Program-made: the position numbers and the translations under genes
Shown: positions 24,001-27,000 of the stretch, in pieces
How the letters are laid out: every line of letters starts with the position of its first letter
Numbering within the stretch: position 1 is the first letter of the stretch
Source of the DNA: Candidatus Omnitrophota bacterium
GTDB lineage: Bacteria; Omnitrophota; Omnitrophia; Omnitrophales; Aquincolibacteriaceae
Length of the DNA: 64,000 bases
NCBI GenBank assembly: GCA_030698625.1
Contig: JAUYMS010000030.1
Span: forward strand, 20,016 to 84,015
Reading direction: 5' to 3'
The notes under the pieces: model-generated
Seen by the model: the letters and a program-made list of their open reading frames with translations, nothing else
The model's database searches: none
What the model was told of the DNA's origin: nothing

Positions 24001-27000
24001 GTCTATAACGGAGAGGGGGCGGCCGGGTTCTATAGTGAGGGGTTTCCGCTTCGGCTCGGAGACGTGGCCTATCAGGGGATTACCAGTTTTGGGACCAACA
24101 GTTCGCTTGGAACCGGCGACTGGGTGGCGCGCCATGAACAGGGGCATTCGCTTTTCCGAAATTACCGTATCTATGATTCGTTCCTTGACCAAAGCGATTC
24201 GGGCGCAGCCTTGCTCGCTCCGTGGGTGGATAAGTGGGAGAAGGAATTTCTTGAGGGCGGCGTTCAAGACCCCGATCTTCGTGAGAAGTTAGTGCGCCTC
24301 TACGGGGACCATTTTCGCTGGTTCCAGGAGGAAATGATGATGAAGTACCTGCAGGCCGAAGACGGCCACATCATTAAACCGCAGGGGAATATCAAAAGTT
24401 GGTTCCTGAGCTATATTAATATGGAAGGATACGGAAGCGCGCGTGCCCGTTACCTCAACCGCGTGAGGGATCCGGATCTGGTGGAGAAATTTCACAATGA
24501 GATGCGGGAATTTACCAATGACAAAGAGCCGCGTATCGGCCGCATGCTGGAGCAAAGTGCGGCTGAGTATCTCGACATATACGAGGCATGGAAAGACGAA
24601 CTCCGGCCGGAAGGCTTTAGCGAACGGGATGTTATGCGCCTCGTCGGCTACTTCGGAGCGTTTCTCGGCCCGATCTTCAAGCTCCGGCGGCTCCGCAAGG
24701 CAACCGAGTGGGCCGTCGATCCGGCGCGTCGCGTTGAAGGTTCTCAGCGGTCGGAATTGCGGATGGACGGGGAAGAGGAACTGATTGAGGCGCGCGAAGC
24801 CTGGAAGAAAGCCCATGAGGCTTTAGAGGCGGCCGGTTCAACCGCCACGCTTGAACTTGGGAATTTTGCGCATATGGAAGGCTATGAGGGCTATCTGGGG
24901 GCGATGCCTAATGTGCCTGCGGAGCTTTTCGACGACATGTATCGCGGTGCTACGCTGGCCACCTTTGAGTTGAATCAGCACTCCTTTTTAAATTACCTCA
25001 CACATGTGCGCGAGGGGTATATGGGTCCGGCGCAGGGGGAGTCGACCTTCTACAAGAAGGCAATCGCATCCGTTATTCGCACCGGTGTGAAATACGGGGC
25101 AGGGGTCGATGCCGACGGGAAGCTGAATAACCCCATGTTGCGGATTATGGACGACAGCAGACCGAGCGATGTCATACAGGTCCCGTGGGGAGGACGAACG
25201 CTGCATGTGCGCGATATCGGCGGAGAACTTAAAGAGGCGGCTCCGATTACCGAACAGGAAATTCTTGCGGGCCTGGAACGCATGGACGGCATCTATCATT
25301 GGAATTTGCGCGTCAATCGACTCATCTCGTTTGACGCGCCGGGAAATACTTTCGGCCGCGCCCTTTCGGTTTACGAACCGCCCCACGAATCGATTCGCGC
25401 AGTGATTGCCGGCATTCAAAAGCAGTTTGGCGACCGGCTGCGTTCCCTGGGGCTCAGTGATGACGATATGCACTCCTTTATTGCCAACGACTACATCATT
25501 CCGTTGTTTGTAAGTATGCGTGATGTGCGTCAGCTAAAACACATTGCCGGAGAGATCCTCGAATTGATAGAGCATTCGCAGGACAAAGTGCCGGCCGAGA
25601 TGCGTATTGTCCATCTCGGCGGTATGGCGCATTATGCCTCGCTTAAGTCTCTGATCAAAGTTTTGGAGTTTGCCGGCCGAGGCACTCCGGTAACGGTGGG
25701 TAAAGCCTGGAATGATCCGCGTTATGAGGCGCATCGCCATGAAAAAGATGATACCTTGCGCGAGCGGCTCGTCACACGGCATATCAGGGAGATCTTTAAC
25801 CACGTGCACTTGGAAGACGGCGACGTGCGAATGGATGTGGACTTCTTTGTGGAGCGATTTGGGCGATTTCTGGACTCCGGCGGGTCTGCCTATGCTCAGC
25901 CATTTATGACGAGGCAGGCGCTTCTCCTTCGGCAAAAAGGTGAGCTTGAGGCCGCTGAGATGACGTTGATGCGGGCCCTTAAAATTGACCCGCGTGATCC
26001 CGGCGTGTTGATCAATCTTGGTATGGTCTATGCCGAGATGGGGCGGTCGGCAGAAGCCGCCGAAGCCTATGCAAAAGCTCTTTCGCTGGATCCGTATCTG
26101 GCTTCGGGGCATTTTAATCTTGGAAATCTCTATGCGCGGAGCGGAGACATGGCTGCCGCAATAAGCGCCTATCGCAAAGCGGTTCAGGTGCAGCCCTATT
26201 ATCTTCCGGCATGGCAGAATCTGGCTAATACCCTGGTTGCGGTCAACGACTATCCTGAAGCGATTAAGGCTTATGCTCAAGCCGTGCATCTGGCCCCGAA
26301 TGATCCGGAGTTGCTTTATAATCTGGGCATACTCAGCATCATGACAGGCCGAGTCAATGCCGCGCTGGAAATCAAAGACAGGCTCCAAACCTCTGAGCCG
26401 GAGCGCGCGGCCCAGCTTGAGCTCTATGCGCGGTCTGTCTTGCGAAGTACTGCACTCGCCGGAAAGCTCTTGGAGAAACGCGATGTTGTAAATCTGGAGC
26501 TCGGGAAATTGCGTTACGGTCAAGACGGTCGTCTGGCTGAGGGGCAAGAAGCGGACATAGGTAATTTGATCCGCGAAGGTAAGTATCTCCTCGTGCAATT
26601 TGGCGGGTATGGCAGCGATGCGCAGGCTTGGGCACGCGCAAAGCACGACCTGAAGAGTTTTGCCTATGCGCTGACCCTGGCCTTGAAAGATGAAGGAGAT
26701 CAGGCTGCCGCCGATGTGATCCGCGAAATCCTCTATAACGGTTTTGTTCACGGCAATAAACTTGCCGAGCGGCTGCCGATGTTCTTGCATCTCGAGTTGG
26801 ACGCTGAGCGCCATGATACCGTTCAAAAGATTGAAGTTGTCGATGCGGCTTCCCTCAAGCCGTTAACGACCGAGCAGATCAAGACCGGTAAAGACGAGGC
26901 CAAACTCTGGGGGGCCGAAGACGGTATCCCGGGGATCACGGCCCGGGGCTGGTCTTACGAGCGCGAGGCGATTCGCCACGAGAGTTTGGATGATGCGATC

